Source of the DNA: Tubiluchus corallicola
Taxonomy: Eukaryota; Animalia; Priapulida
Reading direction: 5' to 3'
Assembly: GCA_030141605.1 (NCBI GenBank)
Contig: JAQGDQ010000052.1
Location: forward strand, 434,001 to 498,000
DNA length: 64,000 nt
A program made the translations under genes and the position numbers. Positions 14,401 to 28,400 of this stretch are shown here, one piece after another. Every line of letters begins with the position of its first letter. The first letter of the stretch is position 1. The notes below the pieces were generated by a model. It was given only the letters and a program-made list of their open reading frames with translations, was not told the DNA's origin and ran no database searches.

Positions 14401-15424
14401 TCATAGAGAAGGTAGACCGCCATAAAGAAGGTCTACACATGTCTGCCTATATTGCAAAACAGTTTTTCACAAAAATTGACAGAAATTTGCAGGAATTTTT
14501 TCAAGAACATTGAACATACACTTTGTCAGCTTAGAGTCTGTAATTAACATAAACGTTTGCTCTTCTCCGATATCACATTTAATTTCTGATGATAAATTAG
14601 TGAAATTAAATGCCTCTGGCAAATGGCGAACCACACTGCAAATTTCATTGCTTTCGTGAATAACAACGCGACTCCATTCGCTGCAAATTTCATTGCTTTC
14701 GACTCCATCTGCTGCCGCTTTGTTCGGTTGATAAATTCTGTGCGTACGCGTTGGGTCAAGCAAGAAATCCCTTTTACAAGAAAGTTTACAGTGGTTATGC
14801 ATTACATTTCACTTTGATTTCCTTTACAACATACTTAATACAAATGGCTACAGAAGAGCATTTCAAGAAATCTGTCATTCCATCAATTAGTAATATGGCA
14901 CTATATTGCTGTATCTGCAATGTGACAAGAGATGACGTAAGCAGAAAAGCTCCAAACTAGTTATAAAATGCCGTACACATCTATTAATTAGACAGAGAAT
15001 CTAGTAACACTTAACCTACTTCGCTGCCTGCTTGGCACTGTTTATAACATTTCATATTCTGATTCAATGTGTTTATGTAGTTATAAGCTAAACATAATAC
15101 AGTGTTGCAAATATGTTATTTCTATAACATCCAAGAGGCACATTACCGTCAAATACATTGTAACATGGTAATGAATGGTGTGTCCTTTTGATTCTTATAT
15201 GAATGTAAATCCCATTAGTCAAGATGGTGATTATGGAACTCTGGACAAGTAAATGGGCAAAGACAGGATGCAGACTAATGCTGGCTGTCTAAATAATATA
15301 AACGAAGTCTAATGATGTAATACATCATGCAGTTAGTCGAATGAACTTTAATCTACACATAATTATAATGTTATCTCTAATTACCTGCTAAGCACCTATG
15401 GGCGAATATTAATTAACTTGCTCG

Positions 15425-15426
<2 letters not shown>

Positions 15427-15463
<37 letters not shown>

Positions 15464-15521
15464 CACTCTCACACTCCTTTCCCATTCCCTTTCTCTCTCG
15501 TGTGCGCACTTTCTCTTTATC

Positions 15522-15604
<83 letters not shown>

Positions 15605-15665
15605 TTCTCTCTCTCTCTCTCTTTCGCTGTCACTCTGGCACTCCTTTCCCATTCTCTTTCTCTCT
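15427..15665. repeat. Compound (CT)n microsatellite with duplicated ~30-bp spacer
   Basis: CT runs separated by two copies of CGCTGTCACTCT..CACTCCTTTCCCATTC (~15458 and ~15625). Confidence 0.9.
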
Positions 15666-18600
15666 GGGCCAAGAAACAAGAAGAGGGAAAGAAAAGAAAG
15701 TGAAAGAGTGAGGAACCGGTTTAGACATGAAAGAAATAACGTTTTGTAAAATTTATAAAAATGGATAAAAAAATTTACAAGTTTTTTCACTAAAAAATCT
15801 AGTATAAGAAGACTGTCTCATTTTCTCTTTTCCCTCAAGCAGTGCTTAAACATTTACTTTACGATGCTCGCAAGGGGAAGGGTCGAATCGAATTTTTAGA
15901 TACAGCACATCCGTGCAGGTCTCAGTTTAGCTAATTTTGAAACACTAAGAGAAACAGAACCTTTAAGACCCAATAATGTATATTCATAATAGAGTCTTCT
16001 ATAAACTTCACTAAATACTATATCATAATAACAGTGACATGACCAGGTGCAGTAATTAGTATCCTCAATAATGAAACTAAATACACAACATCTGTTTATT
16101 GTTTTTATAAACGTGCGTGATGCCCTAGTTACATGAAAATTTTTTATGAAGTTTGCTACGGATTTTCCAAATGCTTGCCTGCTTGCGCTGTTCAGTAAGG
16201 GATAAGAAACTGTCGCGGACGAAAACAGATAACTGTTTCCTGGGTTGCTATATCTGCGCATGGCACGTCATTGAATCCTTGTCATCTGTGTCCTTAGTGC
16301 TCTTGTGGTACTATTCCAAAAAAATTAAAAAAGATAAAATAAAAATCATTCGTGGTAAAGACTGGGGTAGGTTTGTGATGAGACAAGCAGTCATAAAGTT
16401 ACGCTAGACATGAGATTTCTACACTGTTCGATTGGGGTGTTATTCTACGGGAAGGGTACTCCGTGACTCAGTTTCTTTTTTACCCTGATTCCCTGGCATA
16501 AATAACTAATTGAAAAACAATTGAAAGTTCCTATGAAAGTCAATTCAGGGTACTTTTCGGGGTTGAAAGTTGAAAGGTAACACACACTAAAAGCACAGTT
16601 AAAAGGAACTGATGGTTCCACTTAGTTGACACACTGTCGACACAATCATACTTTCGCTATACGTCGTTTAACAGCTGCTGTTGTGGCCATGGCAACCACA
16701 AGTGTCACGAATCTTAAATGATGCGTGAAGGATGTTCATAGCCACACACACCATTTCTCTTTCCGTCAAACTTCAGGCCGTCTATCAGATGAAACCATCT
16801 TAATTGCCACATTTCAAGCAAAATCTGCACTCACTGTCAGGGACTCAATTATCGGTTGGTTGATCCCAGGCCTGACATTAATGAGAGAAAGTAAAGCTGA
16901 TGTATTTCTGTAAATTAGAGGTGACGCTGTCTTCTGCTACTTGATAAAGCAGTAATTGACAGAAGCTGTGACAGGTACAACCGAAAAAATGTCCGATTTA
17001 AATATCAAAAGGACTTTATGTGACATAAATGATGGGTTTACTGATGGTTATTAACAGTGCTACATCTAATGAAGAAAAATGTTTGAAGTCAAACTGATCT
17101 GCTTGCATTTCAGACAGTTAGGTAAATCATGCACGCTCGTGATGCTGATACAGTAGAGAGCAGAGTAATGTGGTCAAGTAATAAGTGCACCCAGTCTACA
17201 CAGACCACATCACCTATATCATGCTATTTAATTACATAAAATTAAAGCTTCCTCTTTGGTGTGGCTTGATCAGTAGATTAAAGCGCTGTTAAAATGCTGT
17301 AAAATAACGTTCCAAAACTTCCAAAACAATAATTGCGTGTCTCTTACTAAAGAGTTTTGTGGAAATTGTATGCTACATGAAATATGTAACAGTAAGATGG
17401 AATTAACCCGCAGTAATTACATTTTTTAAAACTACATTAAAAACTAGATTTTTTAAAGCCAAATGAAAGAAAATGTGAAGAAGTGGAACTAAGTGCTGTA
17501 GTAGTGAAAAAAGACCGTGCAAAACGCCAGTGTCTTAGTATTTCAGTTTAGCTGTGCTGAGTTTTTGGAATTAACGATTGAATATTAAAGAAGCCATCTT
17601 ATTCTTCGAGTTAAGATGATGTGTTAGAGAATCTAGCAAATTTGTTAAGCTAAAAGTATGCATGCTGAAACTTAGTCTACAGTAGAAGACGAAGAGTCGG
17701 ATTGCAACACAGTAGAGACAGAAATATTGGACTGCTGTTCTCTGAGGAAAGCGCTGAAGTTGTAAACGACCTTTATAGGATACCAGTAAGAATACCTCCA
17801 ATTTTTGATTGAGTCAATACTGGTATTAAGATCTTGCTGCAACCTATATTTTTCTAACACGTGGGCAACTTATGCAATTTCATGATTTCATTATTTTGCT
17901 GGTAATATGGAATTGTCAAGCAAATTCTTAAACAAAACACTGTACGTTGCCCAACATTGGATACTACTCAAACACACGAACCAAATCTTTCTGCGAATGG
18001 TTAAAAATCAAAACCCTTGTGTGCTCTTTATTTGCAGTGAAATGTTAGTTTATTAATTTAGCGTGAGAAACCTAACCAATGGTTTCTTTGGAATCACTGT
18101 AGACCTAAATAGCGTCATTTGCGTAGCTGTTGTGACTAGTTTCTTTCCAGTTCGCGATCACCTTTGGAGCTGCAATCAGGATACATGTTTTTCATGGATG
18201 TAAAGTGTTTACCTTGAGATTCTCTATTATATATAATGAATCGATCCTAAAATTACTCCTTACTTCCAAACAGTTTTTGTTTTGTAAATTGCTAAATTTC
18301 TTATTCGTTTCTACGCTGTTGCAACGCGGCGCAATTAAAATTATTGTTGATGATTTATGTAATTTTGTTACGCTTACATCTTTAAATGTGGATCAATATA
18401 CAAAGAATACTTTGTATATAAAGAATACCAATTAGCTTTAAAAATTATAAACTCACGATTGCTCGTCGTCTGTTACACAATAGACTATATAATTTCAAAT
18501 ATAATTTATATATAATTTAGACTATTCCATTTCAAAAAATAAGACTAGATAATCAAAAAACAGCTTACAATTCGAGCGCTGAACCACTTGGTGCTAAAAA

Positions 18601-19011
18601 TATCGATTTGGGAAAGTGATTTCTAACATATCCCGAGTGACCGGCTTCTGCTCTGGTCATTTACTCTATGACAACTATAACTAGTGCGGTATAGCTGCCA
18701 TCACTTCTCATATACAAAATTAATGTTGCTTTTAGTCTCATTATTTTTATTGTAAAGACCGAGAACACTAACAATAAAAGCGAAATTATCTAGGTTAATT
18801 CAGATTATACATGTGCTGTGTTGCATAGGTTTTTGCCAAGGAAACGTGATATTGCAACAATCACGCTATGGAAGGAGATGTTTGCGTGCTGAATAAAAGA
18901 AAAACCGTATGAAAGAAGGTATAACAAAAGCAAGAGAAAATGTTGGACAGGAGAATTGAAAAGAACCTGAAAGTATTAGAGGATGGGGAAAGGGAAACAA
19001 ATTAAAAAATG

Positions 19012-19047
19012 GGAGAGAGAGAAAGAGAGAAAAAAAGAGAGGGAGAG

Positions 19048-19128
<81 letters not shown>
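19012..19128. repeat. (GA)n microsatellite
   Basis: Pure GA run ~19054-19128 with a purine-rich lead-in. Confidence 0.95.
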
Positions 19129-19130
<2 letters not shown>

Positions 19131-20962
19131 TGCTAAAGTACATTTGTTACAGTGAAAGCCATACATGTACAAGAAATGCCAGACCGCAATAAACCAGAAC
19201 GTTGGTTTCACATCAATTACATTGAACAAATACAAGCGCTGCAGTGCGTTTGATATCATCTTTTACATCATTAATTATTACCGGGCATTTATCATGCGAT
19301 ATTAAAGGCAAGGACGTCTCAAATATTTGATACAAGGAGGCATTGTGCCTGGCAGTACAATCTTTATTCAATCATTAGGCAACAGTATCTTGAGCGACCA
19401 GAGTGACATTGGCAGCAGTTTATGCAAACAGCGACTTGAGTGGCTTCTATTTACTGAGCTTATTATCTGCTATTTACCCTCATAAGCCAACAGCTATCCA
19501 GCTAACAAGGTTTGTATTAGAACCCAGGAAACCAGTTCTTCAATTTCAAAGTCAATGCAGCTTAAAGTTTTAACTGTCTTGTGGACGTAAATGGACGTAA
19601 TATTTAAGCCACTTTGTGTTTTACTCTTTACTGCCAGAACAAATTGGCATTGCATTGTAGTGTTACACACTAGTGACTGTATGTAAAGATAGACATTTTG
19701 TTGGACTGCCAATTTTTCTCTACATAACTTTTTTGACGTTAAGAATTAAGATTTATTGACTTTATAGGGCTACTGTAACTCAGCTCGCTATCCAGCTATG
19801 TGATAACTAACATTAAAATCGTCATTTATTTTTATTTATTAAAAGTGCACTGCACTTCTCGGAAGAAAGAGGTAATAGCAAAAGGCAGTATTTTGGTCTC
19901 GTCCTTCGCAGAACCAAAAATTCTTGACCTCAAAGACAACATTTTTGTTAAGAATTACCTAAAATTTAATTTACTTTTAAAATATTTAAAATACTTTGCA
20001 TTGAGCACGAACTCAAACATTGAGAGTTGACAAGAAGAACGAAACTACTTGTAAAAAAAGAAAGATGACTTGCTGCAAGCCTAGTAAAAACCACTGTCAA
20101 CCACGTTCCAAGTCGACGTAAGAGGTCACGTGATCGTAAACTTCATGTGCGCTATTTCACGTGTAATAGGGAAGAAAATTGCTAAAAATTACCGGTTATT
20201 TTGTAAAATAAAGAGAGCTGCAGCATGGAGGAACAGTACTTCGTCTTAGCAGAAAGTAATTTTAAGGTTTAACGTTTTCAAGAAGAGTCGTGAAGTTAAT
20301 TGAAGATAATGTCGGCAAAACTAACTCTAATAATCACACGTTACTGGACACTGTAAATACCACTAACCACAGAACTACAATGCAGAAATTATATCCTGTG
20401 ATAATAAAAATCTCAAGAACCTTGAAATATCTGTTGGGGCGCCTTAATTCGTAGCTATAGGTTAAGGAAGACTTAGGCAGCACATACAATGCAGCCACTT
20501 CATAACGTCTTCCCTAGGTGCGTTATAAGCATAATTATTGTCTTTTTTCGTTGTAAATGCATGTTCTTGCTCAATCAAAAATAGGTGTTTGCCGCACTTT
20601 AATATTCCGTTTACTCTTTTATTTGCTAATGATAACATATCTTCATATTTAGCTAATCGGAAGCATCCTGACACACTGCTGACTCCATAATCTTATTTGA
20701 CTAACAGGACAGAGCTGTGGTCTAGAAAACAGCAACAGTTAGAAGTTGTTTGCTAGCACAACAAATGATTGGTTTTTGTAGGTTCAGGTGTCCTAAGTAA
20801 AGCCGATGATGAAATTAGCAGAAGATTACCTGCGCGCATGTCAGAAATTGTTTCCGTTTGGCTTCACAATAAAAAGATACACGACTTAAGAAACTGCTGT
20901 TTTCTTACTTGAAAATAACAAACAGCAGTCACTAAAATAAGAAAAAACTGAGAATAGCCGAT

Positions 20963-21298
20963 CGGTGTAACAGCCTGAAGTATACCACATGCCCAGACTA
21001 TATCCGGGGTTATAAAAGGCCAGGCTGGTTTATACCCGGGGTATAGATTGGGCTAGGCCAGTTTATACCTCCGAGTATAAAATGGGTTAGACTAGAGTAT
21101 ACCAACCTAGTCCAGAATATGGACTATTTTTTCTAAATCAAAGAGCTTATTATTTTTCACTTATTTTATTATTATTATCTTTTGATCATTTTGCTAATAA
21201 AGTGAAATTGCCTATGATCACACACAGTGTTATTGTGGGGTAGGATAAATATACCCGGGCATACTCTGCAGGGGGCGAAATCTGGACTGTTACAACAG
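20963..21298. mobile_element. MITE / non-autonomous DNA transposon
   Basis: Terminal inverted repeats TGTAACAG...CTGTTACA. Internal repeated palindromic units (TATACCCGGGGTATA, CCAGTTTATACC) in the subterminal regions. Confidence 0.65.
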
Positions 21299-22019
21299 CA
21301 TTATAAATGAATAAAATATCGGGTTCTTATTCCGTGTCGACGAAAGGGAATTGGTCAAAATTTGCAATTAGGAAAAAATTATTTGACTGTTTTCGCATTT
21401 TTCGGTCCTTCCGAAATCCACCTGCGTGAGACAAATTTGCCACAAGTGTGGACCATTGTTGGAATCTGCTCTAAGAAACCAAACTTACTTTATTTCACGT
21501 CATTTTATCTTAAGCCGGTTGGGATATTCAAGCTAAGTAAATGCCATGCTTTGCTCGAACAAGTATAGGTTTTTCGAAAGTTCAAAGCTTTATTGTGATA
21601 CGTTACTTCTGCAGAGTTGCCTCTTAGGCTTTATGGCGTAACATTTGTTACGTGAGAAGGCTATATCTGCGTAATTTAAGCTCAGAATTTAACGTTCATC
21701 GGTTGCAGGACTCTTCTAGAAACGGATTTGTATTTGTGGCTGAAAAATCTCAAGCGCTCATTAATACTGTCGGTAAATTCCGTCCTGGCAATTTCAGCGT
21801 ATCAATAGAATTACCTAACAGGCTGATGAACAGGCAATTTGTCGGCGCGCCGGCTGTACAGAAAAGCGAGTTTGTAAAAACATTTCGCAAAGAAACTTAT
21901 TAGCCAAGTTTACCATATGAATTAATAAGGTTAAACTTAGTACATTTGCTGCCATACATTTGTCAGTAGTGGTGTCCAGGAAAGCTCTTTCCTCTGCCCA
22001 CCCGGTCTCTCTCTTTTTC

Positions 22020-22246
<227 letters not shown>

Positions 22247-25200
22247 ACATCTCCCTCTCTTTCTTTCTCCCACTCGTACTCTATGTCTCTCTCTCTCTGC
22301 CCTCTCTATGTGTCTCTTTCTCTCTCTCCTATCTCTCTATCTTCTCTCTTTTTTTCCTGCCACTGCCATATGAGTCGAAGAAATAAGACGTTGCTTAGGT
22401 AAGAAGGATACAGGTTCAACACTGACGTTTTCAAGGTAAATGGATGTGTGCTAACAATAAGGATGGTCTAAACCCTTCTTGGTAGGAGTGTATTCGTCTT
22501 TTTGTATTCTACTATTGTAATAACTTGCTGAATATAAAAGCTTAATTGATCGGCCTGCCGCCGGGCTTCAGTGTCTCTAAGCAAACATAATTAATTGACC
22601 ATACTGAGTAGTGAAGCCCAACACATAACATGCTGCCTAATTACATACCTGTAGGGATTCATCGCTAAATGGACAAACTAAATGAAGCGTAATGAAAAAT
22701 AATGGTGTAAGATTCTCTTGTAAGAAACGATGAGAGTGCACAAAGGAGAAATGCAAAGGGGAAAGGTAACGTAAGAAAGAAGAAAGGGCGAGGGAAATCT
22801 GCAATATTGTGACCGGCTGTTTATATCGTTGAGGGGAAGGATGTACGTGCATGCTGACGTGTGCTGATGTTGCCTTGCAGTCTGTGCAGCAGTACAGACA
22901 CGTTTGGCTTAAACTAATCGAGGGTTTCGCTGATGCCAAGATCGTGTATTAAAAATAACATCAATGATAACATCTTGAATTTGAGCTGTCAAATCTATAA
23001 ATAAATAAATCCATCAATATGCCTGGAGAATTAGTAGTACTAGATCTTATCCATTAATTGTAATTCTGTTTTTGATGACTTTGAAGCGACCTTGGAAAAT
23101 GCTGCTTTTTAAGTTTATCGTGTTAGTCTGACTCATAAACAACAAAGACATTTTGCATTTTGTCAACAAAAGTGAAGAAAAAAGTCAAAGTTTTAGACAA
23201 CCATTAAGAGAATCAATACAACAACTAGGCTGAATTATGACTACAAAGCTCGTTTACGCTACCGCGAATGCATAAGTAAAGATAGCTTGTTGTTCGTTGT
23301 TCGTGATTCAAAAAATGAATAAAAATCGCGATTACAAAAAGCATAAATACGGATTTTGGAACAACAAATATTATAGTGTGGAATTGTGGAAGTTTTGCTT
23401 TTAGTTATTATCATATTGTGGACATTTGAAGCACAAATAATAAAGACAAATACGAACAACAAAAGACCGAACTCGTTGTTATATTATTGCTAGACTGTCT
23501 TTTCTGTTACTTATTATGTCGCTCGTAGGTGTTGCTACGAGGTGTCTCTAAAAGCACTATTTTAACTTGATTGCATGTCCTTGTAAAATATGTTTTTCCA
23601 AAATAATTACGTCAAGACTGACAAAAAATACATGCTTTTCAGAAATTTTAATTAGAAAACTGCCGGAAGTCTGCGCACAGTAGAAGGGAAATTATTATTA
23701 CAGCGACTTACGAAAACTCGCCAACTTATTGTGAAGCCAAAATGAGAACTGACTTCTATTAAGTGCACCAATTAGCCAAGCACTTATACACAACAAACCT
23801 AAAGAGCATTGCTATTGTTTAGGCTCAGCTAATCTATAAAAATAACCAATAATCAGAGCATATAGAGTATCAGTTAATTAAGCTTATTAGGACTGTAGGC
23901 CTTTTGCTACTATTCGGCAATGTTCGATGTATATACATTATGGCGATGGTAAGGAATTTCCAACATCTTAGTATCTTAATATTTCTTAATTTCAGAATTT
24001 TTTAACATCTTAGTACAAAAGAGTTAGATCTGAATGCCTGGTCACCAATCATCTGTGTATTTCTCCGTTTTCCGTCATCACGACAAAAATAATGGAAATG
24101 TGTGGTTAACATTTGGTGTGAATATTCGGCACCACGATTTACAAAATTGCTACGACTACAAAATTAAACGATTGAAATTTAAAATTAATTGAATTGAAAT
24201 TAAGTGAATGATTTAAAGAAAACAGTAGCAGCCATTTTGTAAAAAAATCCACCGTTTCTTGCAAGTGCGATCTTTAAAATGGCCTTATCAAAGCTTTGAA
24301 TGACAATTACAAACATGATACTACACTTCACTCTCATAGATAATATGGGCTTTTAGACGTATAACTTTAACATTTTTCGCAACGGATAATGAATAATGCT
24401 AAAACCATGTCATCTTACATCAGAGAAACCAGAATTAGTAAACAGACGTATTTTATTACGTCTCATTTTCTCAAGTAAATCATGCGAAAATGTTATTGTC
24501 TCTATTTATATGAGAGTCGAAATTACCATCAACAAAAGGATCGTTTTCTTCGCGAAAACTGAATTAAAATCATTGAAATTAATGACTCTCGTAACTAAAA
24601 TGGAATTTAATCTTTTAACTTGACTCTGTGCAGTTAACACAAGTTCAAGGTCACACTTGATAAAAGATATGGTGTAACAAATCATTGATATTTACTCACC
24701 CATGTATTTCTAGAATTATTTATTCTTTATAAATATCATATTAAAGTATGCGACTTTCTTCCTCTTGTTTCAGTTAACACGGCAGGCAAGTGACACGTTA
24801 GAGTTGTAAATGCAATACATACCCTACATATCTGACTGATATTTTCCGAAATTATTTTTGAATCTACACCTTCCTGTTCTTCTTTCCTTCAGTATGAACT
24901 AAACCATCCTTTTCATTTTGCTGCATGAAATTCAACTATTACGACTCGTCGAACGTAGAAAATTTGATTATTGTGCGCCTTTTTGTTTTTCTATCACACA
25001 TGTTCAGTCTTCTTCAGATCAATAACCACCATGTGAGTTCAAAACCTGAGGTTTCAGAAAAGTGAGGCTTAACAAAGCTCTTTTTTACTCATTTCCATCG
25101 AGATAGAGCTCTGCCGATCTAAACAGCTGCGCCATACCCTCAAATCTTTGTTCTTTGCCCGTTTCCATTTTACTACTTTTTCCTTTAGTTTAAAATTTAC

Positions 25201-25384
25201 GTGCTCTTAAGCCTGAGGTCTGAGATTTGACAGTCTTTAGAATCCTTGGTTTTAAAGAAATACGAATCGAGAATTTGTCTGAGAAAAATTTTGAAGAAAA
25301 AAGAAGCATTGAAAAGTAAAATAATAAAAAACTAATAAACACAAAAGAAAAGAAATATTTACATTAAAAAAAGAAGAGAAAGGG

Positions 25385-25413
25385 GAGAAGAAGAAGAAGA
25401 AGAAGAAGAAGAA
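25385..25413. repeat. (AAG)n microsatellite in a purine-rich low-complexity tract
   Basis: About 9 AAG units. Confidence 0.85.
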
Positions 25414-28400
25414 GTGGAGGAAGCAATAGATCAGGAAAACAACAAAAAAGAGGGGATAAGAAGAAAAAGAAGAAAACAAGTTAAACAGAAAGACGAAAAA
25501 TGGAAAAATGGACAAAACATAAATACCTAAGTTTAATTTTAAATCATAGCCCAGTCAATATGATCAGAAGCAAACCATGTATGATTCACTGAAAATAAAC
25601 AAAATTTGCTTTAGCGGAATGATGCTAGTTTTTAAACCATACAAACCAAGTACCAGAGGAAAAATTCGACTCCGTCAATTGATTCAGAATTCCTTGTACT
25701 ATATAAATGTGAAGTTTCATGTTGATGCATTGCAAATTCACGGGACCGTGGGCTTTTTCAAAAAAGACATCACTCAAGACAGGAACAATTAGAGGAATAC
25801 CCAGATGAGCAGCGATTTGATAAAAGCACACGTCCAAAAACAGGAGTTTTAAAACCGTATCATCCTAGAGTGCTGCCGGCCAGCCAGTTTAGCAGGACTT
25901 AGCCAGAACACATATCAAGTTAACCGATTGATAGATCGCATTCTGTCTTTAAAAACAAGTCGAAAAATAAGCAATGTTGAAGCAATGCATAAGCGCGTAG
26001 GTTGTTAAAAGCTTGCCACATTCATAATTCACTAGATTTTAAAGGTAACAAAATTAATAGCTCGCCGGTTATAAAGTGTTATTACAGCCGTATTGCTGTT
26101 TGTGCAAAATTAATCATTTAAGAGCGAAATGGGGACGGTAGTTTATAATCGCCTGTACTCGTCGTAGAGTGTACAAGCTAATCGAGAAAATAGACAACTA
26201 AGCGATAAATGAGGACACCATAGAGGCGAAATTCAGGTCAAGTTTGTTGTAGAAGTTTCAAATCCCGAACATTCACATTTCATATTTAAATTTTGCAAGC
26301 GTTTACGTTTCGTGTTAACGAATAAACATGCATATTTATAGCGTGTGACGTGAATCGGTTTGTTTTAGCTTTGTTTTAATGTTTGTAAATACTACATATG
26401 TTGGAAGCATCGCTACGCTTAAGTTGTACGCTTACATTTAGTGGTGCATTTGAGAGGAGAAATAAGAAATGAAAAATCTTTAAAAAGCGGGCTTTTAATA
26501 AAAAAGTTATAAAACTGCTTCAAAGACGGTTCACCTATAATAAACTTGTGTGGTCTGTGCGTCTTATGACGCCCTTAGAATCTTAATTGTAAAGTTTCAA
26601 ATTATAGTAGCATAGAGACTTTTTGTTTACAAGTCTGAACGGGAGCCTTTAGACTACACGCTGAGTGGAGTCCGTGAATGAACAAGACACGTTAGAATGC
26701 ATTATGCCATTACGTTATAAACTGATTTGAAGAAACAAGTAATGACAGCGCATCCGAAATGAAATAAACTTGTTATAACCATATTACGACAGATTCCTTA
26801 AACCAATTTTGTTCGAATTTTGATCAGTTTTTTGTATTAACAAGGTTTGCATGGTATACGGAAAACCCTGCCCACTCCATGACCTTTGACGCCTGTGTGA
26901 CGGGTCACGTAACGTAAATGTGACTACCTGGAGCGTGTGCTGAAGTTTTGTGAACCTAATCGTGTTTGCAAATTATTTAGAAACAAAGTAGACAAAGAAT
27001 AAAAGAATAAGCTAATAAATCAAAACTTGGGGTAAATCAAGAAGAAGCAGAATCTTAACAATGAGGAGGAAAAGCAAATAAACTGATTATGAATTGATTA
27101 GATCGAAACAAAATAGAACGAAAACAGAAACAGCCAAAAAGTGGAACCACAAAATCAGCAAAAAAGCAGGAGAACAAAAAGAGATATGAAGAAGAAAAGG
27201 GGAAAAGAAGAAGCTCTCCTTCAACATGCAGGAGCTTGACTAATAGCGGCATGTTCAGCTATATTATATTCTTGTATTTAATAAAAGTTACCAGAAGTGT
27301 GGAACCTATATAAATCTCTGAAGATTCATACATGACAAACATCGAAAGCTAGAAAATTACCTTAACATAACAAGCGCAGCTACTTAAAAATGCCCTGGTG
27401 AAATTAACCTAATGCCATGCAGCTGCCGTAAAATCCCCTGGCATATGGCATAACTTTGACATTATCCACAAATGTCTAGTGTGGCCTTAACTCTTGAGTA
27501 GGTGGCCATCTCGTGTTATTACTCTTAATGAATGCGGTGTTTGCCATCTGAAGCCACAATCTTACGAACTGTCAGCACAGCAAAAGAAAATGATGACAGA
27601 TGAACAGCATAAAATCATTTAACACCTGCGGATTCTCTGACAAGTGAGAAGTGAGCTAGAGAAACACGAGAGTGAGAGACAGAAAAAGAGAAAGAAGAGA
27701 GAGCGTGAGGGAACCTACTTGAACATCTCTTTAGCTATAGCTAGAAGTCCCAATAAATTCCGTCTCACTAACTTATTTGGGCAAATAATCAAATTTGTTT
27801 GTTATTCTACAAAAATAGGAACAAAATAAAAAAATCAAAGAATTTAACGTTCGGAATTGCATGAGGCAAAGCTAGACGGGATTAAAAAGGGGAGACGGAT
27901 GAAGAGAATGAGTGATAAGGAGAGAAAGAAAAGAAGAAAACGGAAAAAAGTAAAAAAACAAATTAATAAATAAAATTGAAGAAGTAAAGTTCATACACGT
28001 CCAAATCCGCAAAGGTGACGAATCTGCTTTTCACTGACATTTTTTATTTGCACTTCTTGTTCGTGTAACTTGGATCGACGTTATCATACATCACTTTCCA
28101 TAAAAAACACAACAAAGTAAGTTTAATGGATGAAACTTTTTACAGCAATCAAAACCTTCTTTCAACGCTAGAAGCTTTGTGAATTTCCTATCATGTAATA
28201 GCTTGCTTTATGCAATGCACACTTACAAAAACCTCTATGTTTGAATAGCCTCATAATATTTCTCAAGATTTGGCCTAGAATCAAACTGATCCCTAGAGTC
28301 AAACCTGGTCGTGTATGAATGAGGGCTGTATTGCAGCGAAGTATTACAGCGTACTGTCAATTAACATCACTGTCGCTTCCATATGCCAGAGGAAAAATGT

